Below, piece after piece: positions 12,590 through 26,293 of a DNA stretch of 64,000 nt. The stretch covers positions 107,944,001 to 108,008,000 of the forward strand of contig CM059432.1 of assembly GCA_030390025.1 (NCBI GenBank), given 5' to 3'. The stretch is from Squalus acanthias (Eukaryota). Position 1 is the stretch's first letter. Every line of letters begins with the position of its first letter. The notes beneath the pieces are model-generated. The model did no database searches and was not told where the DNA came from. It saw only the letters and a list, made by a program, of their open reading frames with translations. The position numbers and the translations under genes were made by a program.

Positions 12590-13097
12590 CTGCCATGGAG
12601 GAAGTGCAGCGAAGATTCCCCAGACTGATACCTGGGATGGCAGGCAGGTATGAAGAGAGATTGGGTTGATTAGGCTTATACTTGCTAGAGTTTAGAAGAA
12701 TGAGAGGGGATCTCATTGAAACTTATAAAATTCTAACAGGACTAGACAGATTAGATGCAGGAAGGATGTTCCCGATGGCGGGTGAGTCCAGAACCAGGGG
12801 TCACAATCTAAGGATAAGGGGTAAGCCATTTAGGACTGAGATGAGGAGGAATTTCTTCACCCAGAGAGTGGTGAACCTGTGGAATTCTTTACCACAGAAG
12901 GCAGTTGAGGCCAAATCATTAAATATATTCAAGAAGGAGTTAGGTATCGTTCTTAAGGCTGAAGGGATCAAGGGATATGGGGAGAAGGCAGGGACAGGGT
13001 ACTGAATTTGGATGATCAGCCATGATCTCATTAAATGGCGGAGCAGGCTTGAAGGGCCAAATGGTCTACTCCTGCTCCTGTCTTCTATGTTTCTATG
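12590..13097 (+). mobile_element. CR1 3' fragment, inverted copy of the CR1-B 3' end (also 22419-22926 and 32243-32752)
   Basis: LEFRRMRGDLIETYK...GYGEKAGTGY plus tail cttctatgtttctatg. Confidence 0.9.
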
Positions 13098-13771
13098 ATC
13101 GCGATCAAGAGGAGTGGTGTGGGGGGAGCGTGAAGCTCAACCAGTGGCGGCCCAAGGTCTCCTTTGTGGGAGCAGGAGGAGCAGGAGAGCAATGTGTTTT
13201 ATGTTTCCTACATTACAACAGCGACTACACTTCAAAAGTTGGCTGTAAAGCTCTTTGAGAATCCTGAGGTCGTGAAAGGCGCGATATAAATGCAACTCTT
13301 TCATTTTTCTTTCTTATAATTTGAGCTGACGAAGGAGACTAGAACTCCAATTCTAACCCAGCCTGCTCGATGGGAATGGGGTAGACAACGGTTTGAATTC
13401 GCTTCTGGGTGCCGTTGCCGAACCACTCACGATATCTGCTATTTTAACAGGCAACTTTCTGGCCCGAGACAAGCGAGGGCCCAATTACTGGAGCACATTG
13501 TGGTCTGATGACATAATTGCAATGTGCAAACTACTTTAGCTATGGCTTGACTAAGGCCTGCAAAGTCCCAGACCCATCAGCAAAGGCTGGCAGGCAGCAG
13601 GATCATGGCTAAAAGAGACTGGTAAGTCTTTTTGATTGATTTTCTAAAGGTTCCTTGTGGGCCAGGAAGAGCAGGAGTGCTCCTCCTGATCCCACAAAGG
13701 AGACCTTGGGCCGCCACTGGTTGAGCTTCACGTGCACCTGCTCCCCCCACACCACTCCTCTTGATCGCGAT

Positions 13772-16465
13772 CATAGAAACATAGAAACATAGAAGATAGG
13801 AGCAGGAGTAGTCCATTCGGCCCTTCAAGCCTGCTCCACCATTCAATGAGATCATGGCTGATCATCCAAACTCAGTACCCTGTACCTGCCTTCTCCCCAT
13901 ACCCCTTGATACCTTTAGCTTTAAGAAATATATCTAATTCATTCTTGAATATATTTAATGACTTGGCCTCAACTACCTTCTGTGGTAGAGAATTCCACAG
14001 GTTCACCACTCTCTGGGTGAAGAAATTCTTCCTCATCTCTGTCTGAAATGGCTTACCCCTTATTCTTAGATTATGACCCCTGGTTCTGGACTCTTCGACC
14101 ATCGGGAACATTCTTCCTGCATCTAGTTTGTCCAGACCTGTCAGAATTTTATATGTTTCGATGAGATCCCCTCTCATTCTTCTATACTCCAGCGAGTATA
14201 AGCCCAATCGACCCAATCTCTCCTCATATATCATTCCTGCCATCTCAGGTATCAGCCTTGTGAATCTTCGCTGAACTCCCTCCATGGCAAGAACATCCTT
14301 CCTCAGATAAGGCGACCAAAACTGCACACAATACTCAAGGTGTGGTCTCACCAAGGCCCTGTACAACTGCAGCAGGACATCTCTGTTCCTATACTCAAAC
14401 CCTTTCGCTATGAAGGCCAACATACCATTTGCCTTCTTCACCGCCTGCTGCACCTGCATGCTTACCTTCAGCGACTGGTCCACAAGGACACCCAGGTCTC
14501 TTTGCACTTCCCCTTCTCCCAATCTATTGCCATTCAGATAATAGTCTGCCTTTCTGTTTTTGACACCAAAGTGGATAACCTCGCATTTATCCACGTTATA
14601 TTGCATCTGCCACGCTTCTGCCCACTCACCCAACCTGTCCAAATCATCCTGGAGTTTCTCGGTATCCTCCTCACAGCACACACTCCCACCAAGCTTTGTG
14701 TCATCTGCAAACTTGGAGATATTACATTTAGTTCCCTTATCTAGATCATTAATGTATATTGTGAATAGCTGGGGTCCAAGGTCCGATCCCTGCGGTACCC
14801 CGCTAGTCACTGCTTGCCACTCGGAAAAAGACCCATTAATTCCTACTCTTTGCTTTCTGTCCGCCAACCAGTTCTCTATCCAAGTCAATACCTTGCCCCC
14901 AATCCCATGTGCCTTAACTTTACACGCTAATCTCTTATGCGGGACCTTATCGAAAGCCTTTTGAAAGTCCAAATACACCACATCTACTGGTTCTCCCTTA
15001 TCTATTTTCCCAGTTACAGCCTCAAAAAATTCCAGTAGATTAGTCAAGCACGATTTACATTTTGTAAATCCATGTTGACTTTGTCCGATCCTGTCACTGT
15101 TTTTCAAGTGCTCAGCTATTACATCCTTTATAATGGACTCTAGCATTTTCCCCACTACCGATGTCAGGCTTACCGGTCTGTAATTCCCCGCTTTCTCTCT
15201 ACCACCCTTTTTGAATAGTGGGGTAACATTAGCTACCCTCCAATCCATGGGTACAGTTCCAGATTCCATCGAATGTTGGAAGATGATCAGCAATGCCTCT
15301 ACTATTTCTAGGGCCACTTCCTTAAGTACCCTAGGATGTAGATTATCAGGCCCTGGGGATTTATCAGCCTTCAATCCCGTCAATTTCCCTAACACCATTT
15401 CCCTGCAAATACTGATTTCTTTCAGTTCCTCCCTTTCATCAGACTGTATGTTCTCCAGCATCTCTGGGAGGTTATTTGTGTCCTCCTTTGTGAAGACAGA
15501 ACCAAAATATGCATTTAATTGGTCTGCCATTTCTTTGTTCCCCATTATAACTTCCCCCGCTTCTGACTGCAAGGGACCTACACTTGATTTCACTAATCTT
15601 TTTCTCTTCACATATCTATAAAAGCTCTTACAGTCAGTTTTTATGTTCCCTGCAAGCTTACTTTCATATTCTATTTTCCCCTTCTTAATTAATCCCTTTG
15701 TCCTCCTTTGTTGAATCCTAAACTGCTCCCAATCCTCAGGGTTACTGCTTTTTCTGGCCAATTTATAAGCCCTCTCCTTGGATCTTATGCTATCCCTAAT
15801 TTCCCTTGTTAGCCACGGTTGAGTCACCCTTTTTTGTTTTCTTCTTATGCCACACTGGGATGAACAAATTCTGTAGTTCATCCATGCAGTCTTTGAATGT
15901 TTACCATTGCCTATCCACCGTCAACCCTTTGAGTGACATTCCCCAATCAATCCTACCCAATTCGTGCCTCATACCATCGTAGTTTCCTTTATTTAAATTC
16001 AGGACCCTAGTCTCTGATTCAACTACTTCACTCTCCATCCTAATGAAGAATTCTATCATATTATGATCATTCTGACCCAAGGGGCCTCGTACAACAAGAT
16101 TGCTAATTAATCCTTTCTCGTTACATAATACCCAGTCTAAGATGGCCTGATCTCTGGTTGGTTCCTCGACATATTGTTCCAGAAAACCATCCCGTAAACA
16201 TTCTAGGAATTCCTCCTCCACAGTATTTTTACTAATTTGGTTAGCCCAATTTATATGTAAATTAAAGTCACCCCTGATGACTGCTGTGCCCTTACTGCAA
16301 GCTTCTCTAATTTCCCTTTTAATGCCGTCCCCAACCTCCGTATTACTGTTTGGAGGTCTATATACCACTCCCACTAATGTTTTCTGCCCCTTGTAATTTC
16401 TCAGTTCTACCCATACAGATTCCGCATCATCAGAGCTAATATCCTTCCTTTCAATTGTGTTAATC
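13772..16465 (-). mobile_element. Chimeric CR1 (tail of CR1-B, body of CR1-A) at the unit 1/2 junction
   Basis: Body nearly identical to 1412-4005 with the same stop and truncation point. The tail has B-type bases agtccattcggcccttcaagcc. Confidence 0.93.
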
Positions 16466-18348
16466 CCCCCACAGAACCATACAGAAACTGGGGAAGATCC
16501 CCTTGGTTACAGTTTGGCTCAATTCTGCTGCCTGGGAGGTTGGTATGCGGCTTTCAATAGTGAAACCAGCCACCAAGCAGATCCCAGGTCAGGGTTGAGG
16601 AAACTCCAAGGCCTGGGAGGCCCTTTAACCCTGCGCACGCACCCTTTGACATGGGGTGGAAACTCTGGCGGGGTAGGCAGAATGGTGGGCACATGCCTGC
16701 ACTTACTCTGGGATCACAGGCATGCATTTAAAGGCCCTCAGTGATTACAGTGGGGAGGCATTTGTATTTTTATTTGGAGTGCATATAAAGGTGAACTTCA
16801 ACTTTGGTTATGAGAGCTGAATTTTTCATTTTTGTTTTTTGCAGGTTGTTGCTTTTTGGAGGTCTTGGTCCCTTTGGAGATCTTAGGAGATGTTTAGCAG
16901 CACAATTTGTTATTGTTACATGTGTGTACGTTAAACTCTACCCCGGAAACCTACCTGCGCACACTTTGGTGCTATTTTGCATAATATTAATCTGATTCTT
17001 GTCATCACACTCAAAAATACCAAAATATACGCCAGTTTAGTTTTACATTTACGCATTTTATACAAGGGGGAAAGTGACCACAAATGGAAAGTTTCCAGCT
17101 GAAGATGATTGACTGACTTTCACTAGGAACTGAATTACTCATTTCTGGGAGCAGATAGATCTTGTGTCAAGCACAAGATAAACTGGAAAATATAGCATAC
17201 GCCATTTTTACAACCAGCTATGTGACATTCAGGATAACATGACGATTATAATACAAGTCTAAAAGGTTCATCACTTGCTGCACTTTCACCTGTTAATAAC
17301 CACTCACTCACTCAGTTGCTCACAGTGATTACTGCACTGTTTCATAGGAACAGGAGCAGGCCATTCAAAACCTCAAGCCTGTTCCGCCATTCAATTAGAT
17401 CATGGCTGATCTGTACCTTAACTCCGCCTTTGCTCCATATCCCTTGATACCCTTACCTGACAAAAATCTATCCATCTCTGTCTTGCAAATTACAATTGTC
17501 CCAGCATCCACAGCCTTTTAGGGGAGAGAGTTGCACATTTCCACCAACCTTTGTGTGAAGAAGTGCTTCTTCATTTCATTCCTAAATGGCCTGGCTCTAA
17601 TTATAAAGTTATGTACTCAATTCAATGTCACCAGCACATTGTAAAGCTTTAATTCATTTATCCCACTGGTCAGTGTTGAAACAATGGTAATGGAGAGCAT
17701 ACTGAGGATACTGGCTATTGAGGAGTAAAAGATACAGTCCAAGTCTTCAGCAAGTACTGCTGAAGATTATAGACCTCATTATGCTCTTCATATTCATTCA
17801 GAACAAGCCAGCTATTCCCACTCCACAAACTTCTTAATCAAAAAATGAAAATGTAAACCATCAATCTCTAAAATCACTAAAATAATTTTATTTATGAAGA
17901 TGGTTTTAAATTCATTCTCGGGATGTGGGCATTGCTGGCATGGGCAGCATTTATTGCCCATCCTAATTGCCCTGAGAAGGTGGTGATGAGCTGCCTTTTT
18001 GAAGTGGTTTGATACAACTGAGTGGGTCACTAGGCTACTTCAGAGGGCAGTTAAGGGTTAACCATGTTGGTGCGGGTCTGGAGTCAAATGTAGGCCAGAC
18101 TGGTTAAGAATGGCAGGTTTCCTTCCCTAAAAGGACATTAGTGAACCAGTTTTTACAACAATCCAGTGGCTTCATGGTCACTTTTACTGATATCAGCTTT
18201 TTATTTCCAGTTTAAAAAAAATGAATTCAAATTCTCAAACTGCCATGGTGGGATTTGTACTCAAATTCTCTGGATTATTAGTCCAGGCCTACTGGATTGC
18301 TAGTCCAGTAACAGAATCACTACATCACCATATCCAAATCAAGTTTAC

Positions 18349-19758
18349 AATAACAAAATACTGCGAATGCTGGAAATCTGAAATAAAAACAGAAAATGCT
18401 GGAAATACTCAGCAGGTCAGGCAGCATCTGTGGAGAGAGAAACAGAGTTAACGTTTCAGGTCAATGACCCTTCGTCAGAACTGGAAAAAGCTGGAGATGT
18501 AACAGGCTTTAAGCACGTGCAGGGGCAGGGAAAGGGGGAGGGGAGGAAAGAACAAAAGGGAAGGTCTGTGATAGGGTGGAAGGCAGGAGAGATAAATGAC
18601 AAAAGGTATGATGGTGCAAGGCGAAAGGAGATGGTAATGGGAAAAGTAAAGAAACAAAAGATGGGTCGAGAGTAAGTGTAAATGGGAATGGCAGAATCAT
18701 TAACAACAGCTGCTGTCCGAAAAAATGGGGGCAGTGATTATGATCTGAAATTGTTGAACTCAGTGTTGTGTCTGAAAGGCTGTAAAGTGCCTAATCGAAA
18801 GAGGAGGTGCTGTTCCTTGAGCTTACATTGAGTTCATTGGAACAGTGTAGGAGGCCGAGGTCAGAGTGGGAGTGGGGTGGAGAATTCAAATGACAGGCGA
18901 CTGGAAGCTCGGGGTCACGCTAGCGGACTGAACGGAGCTGTTCGGCAAAGCGATCACCCAATCTGTGTTTGGTCTCCCCAGTGTAGAGAGACCACATCGT
19001 GAGCAGCGATTACAGTATACTAAATTGAAAGAAGTACAAGTAAATTTCTGTTTCACCTGGAAGGGACCGTTCCCTCCGCGACACCCTGGTCCATTCTTCA
19101 ATTACCCCAAAAAACAACCCCTTTCCACGGGACCTTCCCGTGCAAGCGCAGGAGATGCAACACCTGCCCTTTGACCACTTCCCTTCCCACCATCCAGGGC
19201 CCCAAACACTTCATTCAGTCACCCATCATTTTAATTCTCCACCCCACTCCCACTCTGACATCTCTTTCCTTGGCCTCCTAATCTGTTCCAATGAAGCTCA
19301 ACGTAAGCTTGAGGAACAGCACCTCATCTTTCGATTAGGCACTTTACAATCTTCCGGACTCAATATTGAGTTCAACAATTTCAGATCAATATCACTGCCC
19401 CCACTTTTTCCAGACAGCAGCTGTTGCTAATGATTCTGCTATTCCCACTTATACTTATTCTAGACCCATTTTTTGTTTCCTTACTTGTCCAATTACCACC
19501 CCTTTTGCCTTGCACCATCATCCCTTTTGTCATTTAATCTCTCCTGCCTTCCACCCTATCACAGACCTTCCCTTTAGTTTTTTCCTCCCCTCCCCCCTTT
19601 CCCTACTTCTGTACAACCTACTTCTTAAAACCTGTTACATCTGTAACATTTTCCAGTTCTGACGAAGGGTCATCGACTTGAAACGTTAACTCTGTTTCTC
19701 TCTCCACAGATACTGCCTGACCTGCTGAGTATTTCCAGCATTTTCTGTTTTTATTTCA
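18349..19758. mobile_element. Penelope-like inverted remnant, unit 2
   Basis: Duplicate of 5878-7273. Confidence 0.88.
19656..19690 (+). ncRNA. Minimal hammerhead motif (copy at 29478-29512; core-mutated CUAACGA copy at 7171-7205)
   Basis: ctgacgaagggtcatcgacttgaaacgttaac. Confidence 0.65.
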
Positions 19759-19769
19759 AGTTTCACATG

Positions 19770-20285
19770 ATCCAGTGTGATGGAATACTCTCCACTTGCC
19801 TGGATGAGTGCAGCTCCAACAACACTCAAGAAGCTCGACACCATCCAGGACAAGGCAGCCGCTTGATTGGCACCCCATCTACCACCTTAAACAATCACTC
19901 CCTCCAACACTGGCGTACCGTGGCTGCAGTGTGTACCATCTACAAGATGCACTGCAGCAACTCGCCAAGGCTTCTTCGGCAGTACCTCCCAAACCCGCAA
20001 CCTCTACCACCTAGAAGGACAAGGGCAGCAGGCGCATGGGAACACCACCACCTCCAAGTTCCCCTCCAAGTCACACACCATCCTGACTTGGAAATATATC
20101 GCCGATCCTTCATTGTCGCTGGGTCAAAATCCTGGATCTCCCTCCCTAACAGCACTGTGGGAGTACCTTCACCACACGGACTGCAGCGGTTCAAGAAGGC
20201 AGCTCAACACCAAGGGCAATTAGGTATGGGCAATAAATGCTGGCCTTGCCAGCAAGTCCCACATCCCATAAATGAATAAAACAAA
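19770..20285 (+). mobile_element. HER1-like LINE 3' fragment (also 29592-30107; in unit 1 it is split by the CR1 into 7285-7302 and 10289-10790)
   Basis: MEYSPLAWMSAAPTTLKKLDTIQDKAARLI-type C-terminus, homologous to 44628-45555. Confidence 0.8.
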
Positions 20286-20433
20286 ATGATCTGCTAAAAA
20301 CTAATATTACAAACATTATCACACTTCAACTCTTTAAGGCACACTATGCAGCCAGCAGAACAAAAGGTTTGAAGACGAGACTGCCGATAGTGAGATTATG
20401 GAATGAGAAAGCTCCAGAGGAAATGTGACTCAC

Positions 20434-20496
20434 CACTGTATCAAACACGCTTTGGTTGGACAGCTCTGCGGTTCCCTCAGTGATACCAGCATCCAG
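20434..20496 (-). CDS. AMPH: 63-nt exon LDAGITEGTAELSNQSVFDTV, copy 2
   Basis: Identical to copies 1 and 3, including the acceptor and donor. Confidence 0.62.
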
Positions 20497-20613
20497 CTTT
20501 AAAAAGGAGACATCAAAAGGAAAAGTGTGAGTCAGAAGAAGAAAGGAATACAGGGGGGGAAAAAATCTCACCAGGCAGGCCTGAGACACTTGTGAATCTG
20601 TTAAACTAATCTA

Positions 20614-20936
20614 AGGACGGAGAGAGAGGAAGGGATATGGAGAGAGATCTGCTGCAGACAGCAGGATTTGACACGTTGGACCCCCTGGGACACATCTCAT
20701 TGTCTTGGCTGTGCTCTTGGTGTGTGTTTGATCTAAGGAAAGATTGTATCTCTGCATTTTCTGTGTTTATATTCTGTGAACTTTTGTAGATTCACTCATT
20801 GTAACTTTACCTGAAGAAGGGGCGATCGATAGCTCCGAAAGCTTGTAATTTTAAATAAATCTGCTGGACTATAACCTGGTGTTGTGCGACTTCTCATTTT
20901 TGTCCACCCCAGTCCAACGCCGGCATCTCCGCATCA
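20614..20936 (+). mobile_element. 323-bp Penelope-type 3' fragment with hammerhead core (20811-20846); absent from unit 1
   Basis: TSD AAACTAATCTA at 20603-20613 and 20937-20947. Empty site at 11108-11118. ctgaaga-a-ggggc-gatcgata-gctcc-gaaa-gctt. Confidence 0.8.
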
Positions 20937-23600
20937 AAACTAATCTATGTAATAGCTCTCAAGGATTAATCAGATTGTGTAATACAGGGTAAGGAGCACA
21001 GCTGGAAGACACTTCCATGTGTCAGAAGCTCATTAATATTCATCTGCACAAGCTCCAGCACTGTATGATCTGCAGGAATCCTTAGTCAGAGACAACTGGC
21101 CTCCAAAAAGATGAAACGCTATTAAGTGTCAGAGTTGGTATGCATTCTCACCTCTGAGTCACAAGGCTGTGGGTCCAAGCCAAACTCCAAGATTAAAGCA
21201 TGTAATCTAAGGCGATACTTCAATACAATACTGAGGGAGGGCTGCATTGTTACAGGTGCTGTTTCGCAGATGAGATGTTGACCCCATGACCCCCACCTGT
21301 CTGCTCAAGGTGAATGTAAAAGGTCCTGTGGCACTATTCATAGAGGAGCAGGGAGTTCTTCTGACAACATATCCAACATTCATCGCTCACCAAACACCAG
21401 CAAAACAGGTCAATTGGCCATTCATCTTGTTGCTTTTTGCGGGACCTTACCGTGTGCAAGTTGGCTGCAGTGTTTATCTATATAACAACAATGACTACAC
21501 TTCATTGGCTGTAAAGCAATTTGGGACACCCTGAGGATTTGAAATGTTCTTTCTTCTTTTCTAACTGATCAAAACAGTTAAAAAAAATGACAAATTAAAA
21601 AGTGTTTTTTGAATAAACGGATAAAGGGATGCAGTAGATTTGTGCACGAAATTTCAGAAGACGTCCAATAAGGTGTTGCACAAGAGGTTGTTAGAAAATT
21701 CAAGTATACGGAATAAGAGGAAAAGTGGAATATGGATAGAAAGTTGGTTGACGGACAGAAAACCAAAACATAGTGTACTGGGCGTTGCTCGGATTGGAGA
21801 AGCATTGGAAGTGGTGTACTCTAGGGTACAGTGCTGGGCCCAGTCGGTATATACAGATGACTTGGACTTGGGAATAGAGAGCACAATCTCAAACTTTGCT
21901 GACAACACAAAAATAATACATTTTGGGAGGAAAAACAAGGAATGGGAATTTAAAATCAATGGAAAGGCATTGAATGATGTGGATGAACAGAGAGACCTAG
22001 GGGTTCAAATACATTATTCTCTGAAAATGTGAGTACGGGTAGATAAAGCTATAAAAAAGGACAACAGCATCTTGGGTTTTATAAACAGGGTCACTGAATT
22101 CAAGAGTAAAGCAATTATGATTTTTTGGGGAAAAATTGTGTAGTGTAGTGGTTATGTTACTGGATTCATAATCCAGAGAGTGTGATTTCAAATTCCACCA
22201 TGAGAGAATGGAACAGAGAGAAAGAAATGGAGAGAATGGAAGAGAGAGAAAGGAACAGAGAGAAAAGAACAGAGCGAATGGAACAGAACCATGCAAAAAA
22301 AACTTGAAAAGCTGAACCAAAGTGAAGTAATTAAAATGTATTTTAGTGATTTATTGCTATGGGGATAATATACAAATACAGTGGCAGATGAAATCTGAGA
22401 TGCTTATTTTTTGAAATACTGCCATGGAGGAAGTGCAGCGAAGATTCCCCAGACTGATACCTGGGATGGCAGGCAGGTATGAAGAGAGATTGGGTTGATT
22501 AGGCTTATACTTGCTAGAGTTTAGAAGAATGAGAGGGGATCTCATTGAAACTTATAAAATTCTAACAGGACTAGACAGATTAGATGCAGGAAGGATGTTC
22601 CCGATGGCGGGTGAGTCCAGAACCAGGGGTCACAATCTAAGGATAAGGGGTAAGCCATTTAGGACTGAGATGAGGAGGAATTTCTTCACCCAGAGAGTGG
22701 TGAACCTGTGGAATTCTTTACCACAGAAGGCAGTTGAGGCCAAATCATTAAATATATTCAAGAAGGAGTTAGGTATCGTTCTTAAGGCTGAAGGGATCAA
22801 GGGATATGGGGAGAAGGCAGGGACAGGGTACTGAATTTGGATGATCAGCCATGATCTCATTAAATGGCGGAGCAGGCTTGAAGGGCCAAATGGTCTACTC
22901 CTGCTCCTGTCTTCTATGTTTCTATGATCGCGATCAAGAGGAGTGGTGTGGGGGGAGCGTGAAGCTCAACCAGTGGCGGCCCAAGGTCTCCTTTGTGGGA
23001 GCAGGAGGAGCAGGAGAGCAATGTGTTTTATGTTTCCTACATTACAACAGCGACTACACTTCAAAAGTTGGCTGTAAAGCTCTTTGAGAATCCTGAGGTC
23101 GTGAAAGGCGCGATATAAATGCAACTCTTTCATTTTTCTTTCTTATAATTTGAGCTGACGAAGGAGACTAGAACTCCAATTCTAACCCAGCCTGCTCGAT
23201 GGGAATGGGGTAGACAACGGTTTGAATTCGCTTCTGGGTGCCGTTGCCGAACCACTCACGATATCTGCTATTTTAACAGGCAACTTTCTGGCCCGAGACA
23301 AGCGAGGGCCCAATTACTGGAGCACATTGTGGTCTGATGACATAATTGCAATGTGCAAACTACTTTAGCTATGGCTTGACTAAGGCCTGCAAAGTCCCAG
23401 ACCCATCAGCAAAGGCTGGCAGGCAGCAGGATCATGGCTAAAAGAGACTGGTAAGTCTTTTTGATTGATTTTCTAAAGGTTCCTTGTGGGCCAGGAAGAG
23501 CAGGAGTGCTCCTCCTGATCCCACAAAGGAGACCTTGGGCCGCCACTGGTTGAGCTTCACGTGCACCTGCTCCCCCCACACCACTCCTCTTGATCGCGAT

Positions 23601-26293
23601 CATAGAAACATAGAAACATAGAAGATAGGAGCAGGAGTAGTCCATTCGGCCCTTCAAGCCTGCTCCACCATTCAATGAGATCATGGCTGATCATCCAAAC
23701 TCAGTACCCTGTACCTGCCTTCTCCCCATACCCTTGATACCTTTAGCTTTAAGAAATATATCTAATTCATTCTTGAATATATTTAATGACTTGGCCTCAA
23801 CTACCTTCTGTGGTAGAGAATTCCACAGGTTCACCACTCTCTGGGTGAAGAAATTCTTCCTCATCTCTGTCTGAAATGGCTTACCCCTTATTCTTAGATT
23901 ATGACCCCTGGTTCTGGACTCTTCGACCATCGGGAACATTCTTCCTGCATCTAGTTTGTCCAGACCTGTCAGAATTTTATATGTTTCGATGAGATCCCCT
24001 CTCATTCTTCTATACTCCAGCGAGTATAAGCCCAATCGACCCAATCTCTCCTCATATATCATTCCTGCCATCTCAGGTATCAGCCTTGTGAATCTTCGCT
24101 GAACTCCCTCCATGGCAAGAACATCCTTCCTCAGATAAGGCGACCAAAACTGCACACAATACTCAAGGTGTGGTCTCACCAAGGCCCTGTACAACTGCAG
24201 CAGGACATCTCTGTTCCTATACTCAAACCCTTTCGCTATGAAGGCCAACATACCATTTGCCTTCTTCACCGCCTGCTGCACCTGCATGCTTACCTTCAGC
24301 GACTGGTCCACAAGGACACCCAGGTCTCTTTGCACTTCCCCTTCTCCCAATCTATTGCCATTCAGATAATAGTCTGCCTTTCTGTTTTTGACACCAAAGT
24401 GGATAACCTCGCATTTATCCACGTTATATTGCATCTGCCACGCTTCTGCCCACTCACCCAACCTGTCCAAATCATCCTGGAGTTTCTCGGTATCCTCCTC
24501 ACAGCACACACTCCCACCAAGCTTTGTGTCATCTGCAAACTTGGAGATATTACATTTAGTTCCCTTATCTAGATCATTAATGTATATTGTGAATAGCTGG
24601 GGTCCAAGGTCCGATCCCTGCGGTACCCCGCTAGTCACTGCTTGCCACTCGGAAAAAGACCCATTAATTCCTACTCTTTGCTTTCTGTCCGCCAACCAGT
24701 TCTCTATCCAAGTCAATACCTTGCCCCCAATCCCATGTGCCTTAACTTTACACGCTAATCTCTTATGCGGGACCTTATCGAAAGCCTTTTGAAAGTCCAA
24801 ATACACCACATCTACTGGTTCTCCCTTATCTATTTTCCCAGTTACAGCCTCAAAAAATTCCAGTAGATTAGTCAAGCACGATTTACATTTTGTAAATCCA
24901 TGTTGACTTTGTCCGATCCTGTCACTGTTTTTCAAGTGCTCAGCTATTACATCCTTTATAATGGACTCTAGCATTTTCCCCACTACCGATGTCAGGCTTA
25001 CCGGTCTGTAATTCCCCGCTTTCTCTCTACCACCCTTTTTGAATAGTGGGGTAACATTAGCTACCCTCCAATCCATGGGTACAGTTCCAGATTCCATCGA
25101 ATGTTGGAAGATGATCAGCAATGCCTCTACTATTTCTAGGGCCACTTCCTTAAGTACCCTAGGATGTAGATTATCAGGCCCTGGGGATTTATCAGCCTTC
25201 AATCCCGTCAATTTCCCTAACACCATTTCCCTGCAAATACTGATTTCTTTCAGTTCCTCCCTTTCATCAGACTGTATGTTCTCCAGCATCTCTGGGAGGT
25301 TATTTGTGTCCTCCTTTGTGAAGACAGAACCAAAATATGCATTTAATTGGTCTGCCATTTCTTTGTTCCCCATTATAACTTCCCCCGCTTCTGACTGCAA
25401 GGGACCTACACTTGATTTCACTAATCTTTTTCTCTTCACATATCTATAAAAGCTCTTACAGTCAGTTTTTATGTTCCCTGCAAGCTTACTTTCATATTCT
25501 ATTTTCCCCTTCTTAATTAATCCCTTTGTCCTCCTTTGTTGAATCCTAAACTGCTCCCAATCCTCAGGGTTACTGCTTTTTCTGGCCAATTTATAAGCCC
25601 TCTCCTTGGATCTTATGCTATCCCTAATTTCCCTTGTTAGCCACGGTTGAGTCACCCTTTTTTGTTTTATTCTTATGCCACACTGGGATGAACAAATTCT
25701 GTAGTTCATCCATGCAGTCTTTGAATGTTTACCATTGCCTATCCACCGTCAACCCTTTGAGTGACATTCCCCAATCAATCCTACCCAATTCGTGCCTCAT
25801 ACCATCGTAGTTTCCTTTATTTAAATTCAGGACCCTAGTCTCTGATTCAACTACTTCACTCTCCATCCTAATGAAGAATTCTATCATATTATGATCATTC
25901 TGACCCAAGGGGCCTCGTACAACAAGATTGCTAATTAATCCTTTCTCGTTACATAATACCCAGTCTAAGATGGCCTGATCTCTGGTTGGTTCCTCGACAT
26001 ATTGTTCCAGAAAACCATCCCGTAAACATTCTAGGAATTCCTCCTCCACAGTATTTTTACTAATTTGGTTAGCCCAATTTATATGTAAATTAAAGTCACC
26101 CCTGATGACTGCTGTGCCCTTACTGCAAGCTTCTCTAATTTCCCTTTTAATGCCGTCCCCAACCTCCGTATTACTGTTTGGAGGTCTATATACCACTCCC
26201 ACTAATGTTTTCTGCCCCTTGTAATTTCTCAGTTCTACCCATACAGATTCCGCATCATCAGAGCTAATATCCTTCCTTTCAATTGTGTTAATC
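23601..26293 (-). mobile_element. Chimeric CR1 at the unit 2/3 junction
   Basis: Near-identical to 13772-16465, with a 1-bp deletion near 23730. Confidence 0.93.
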
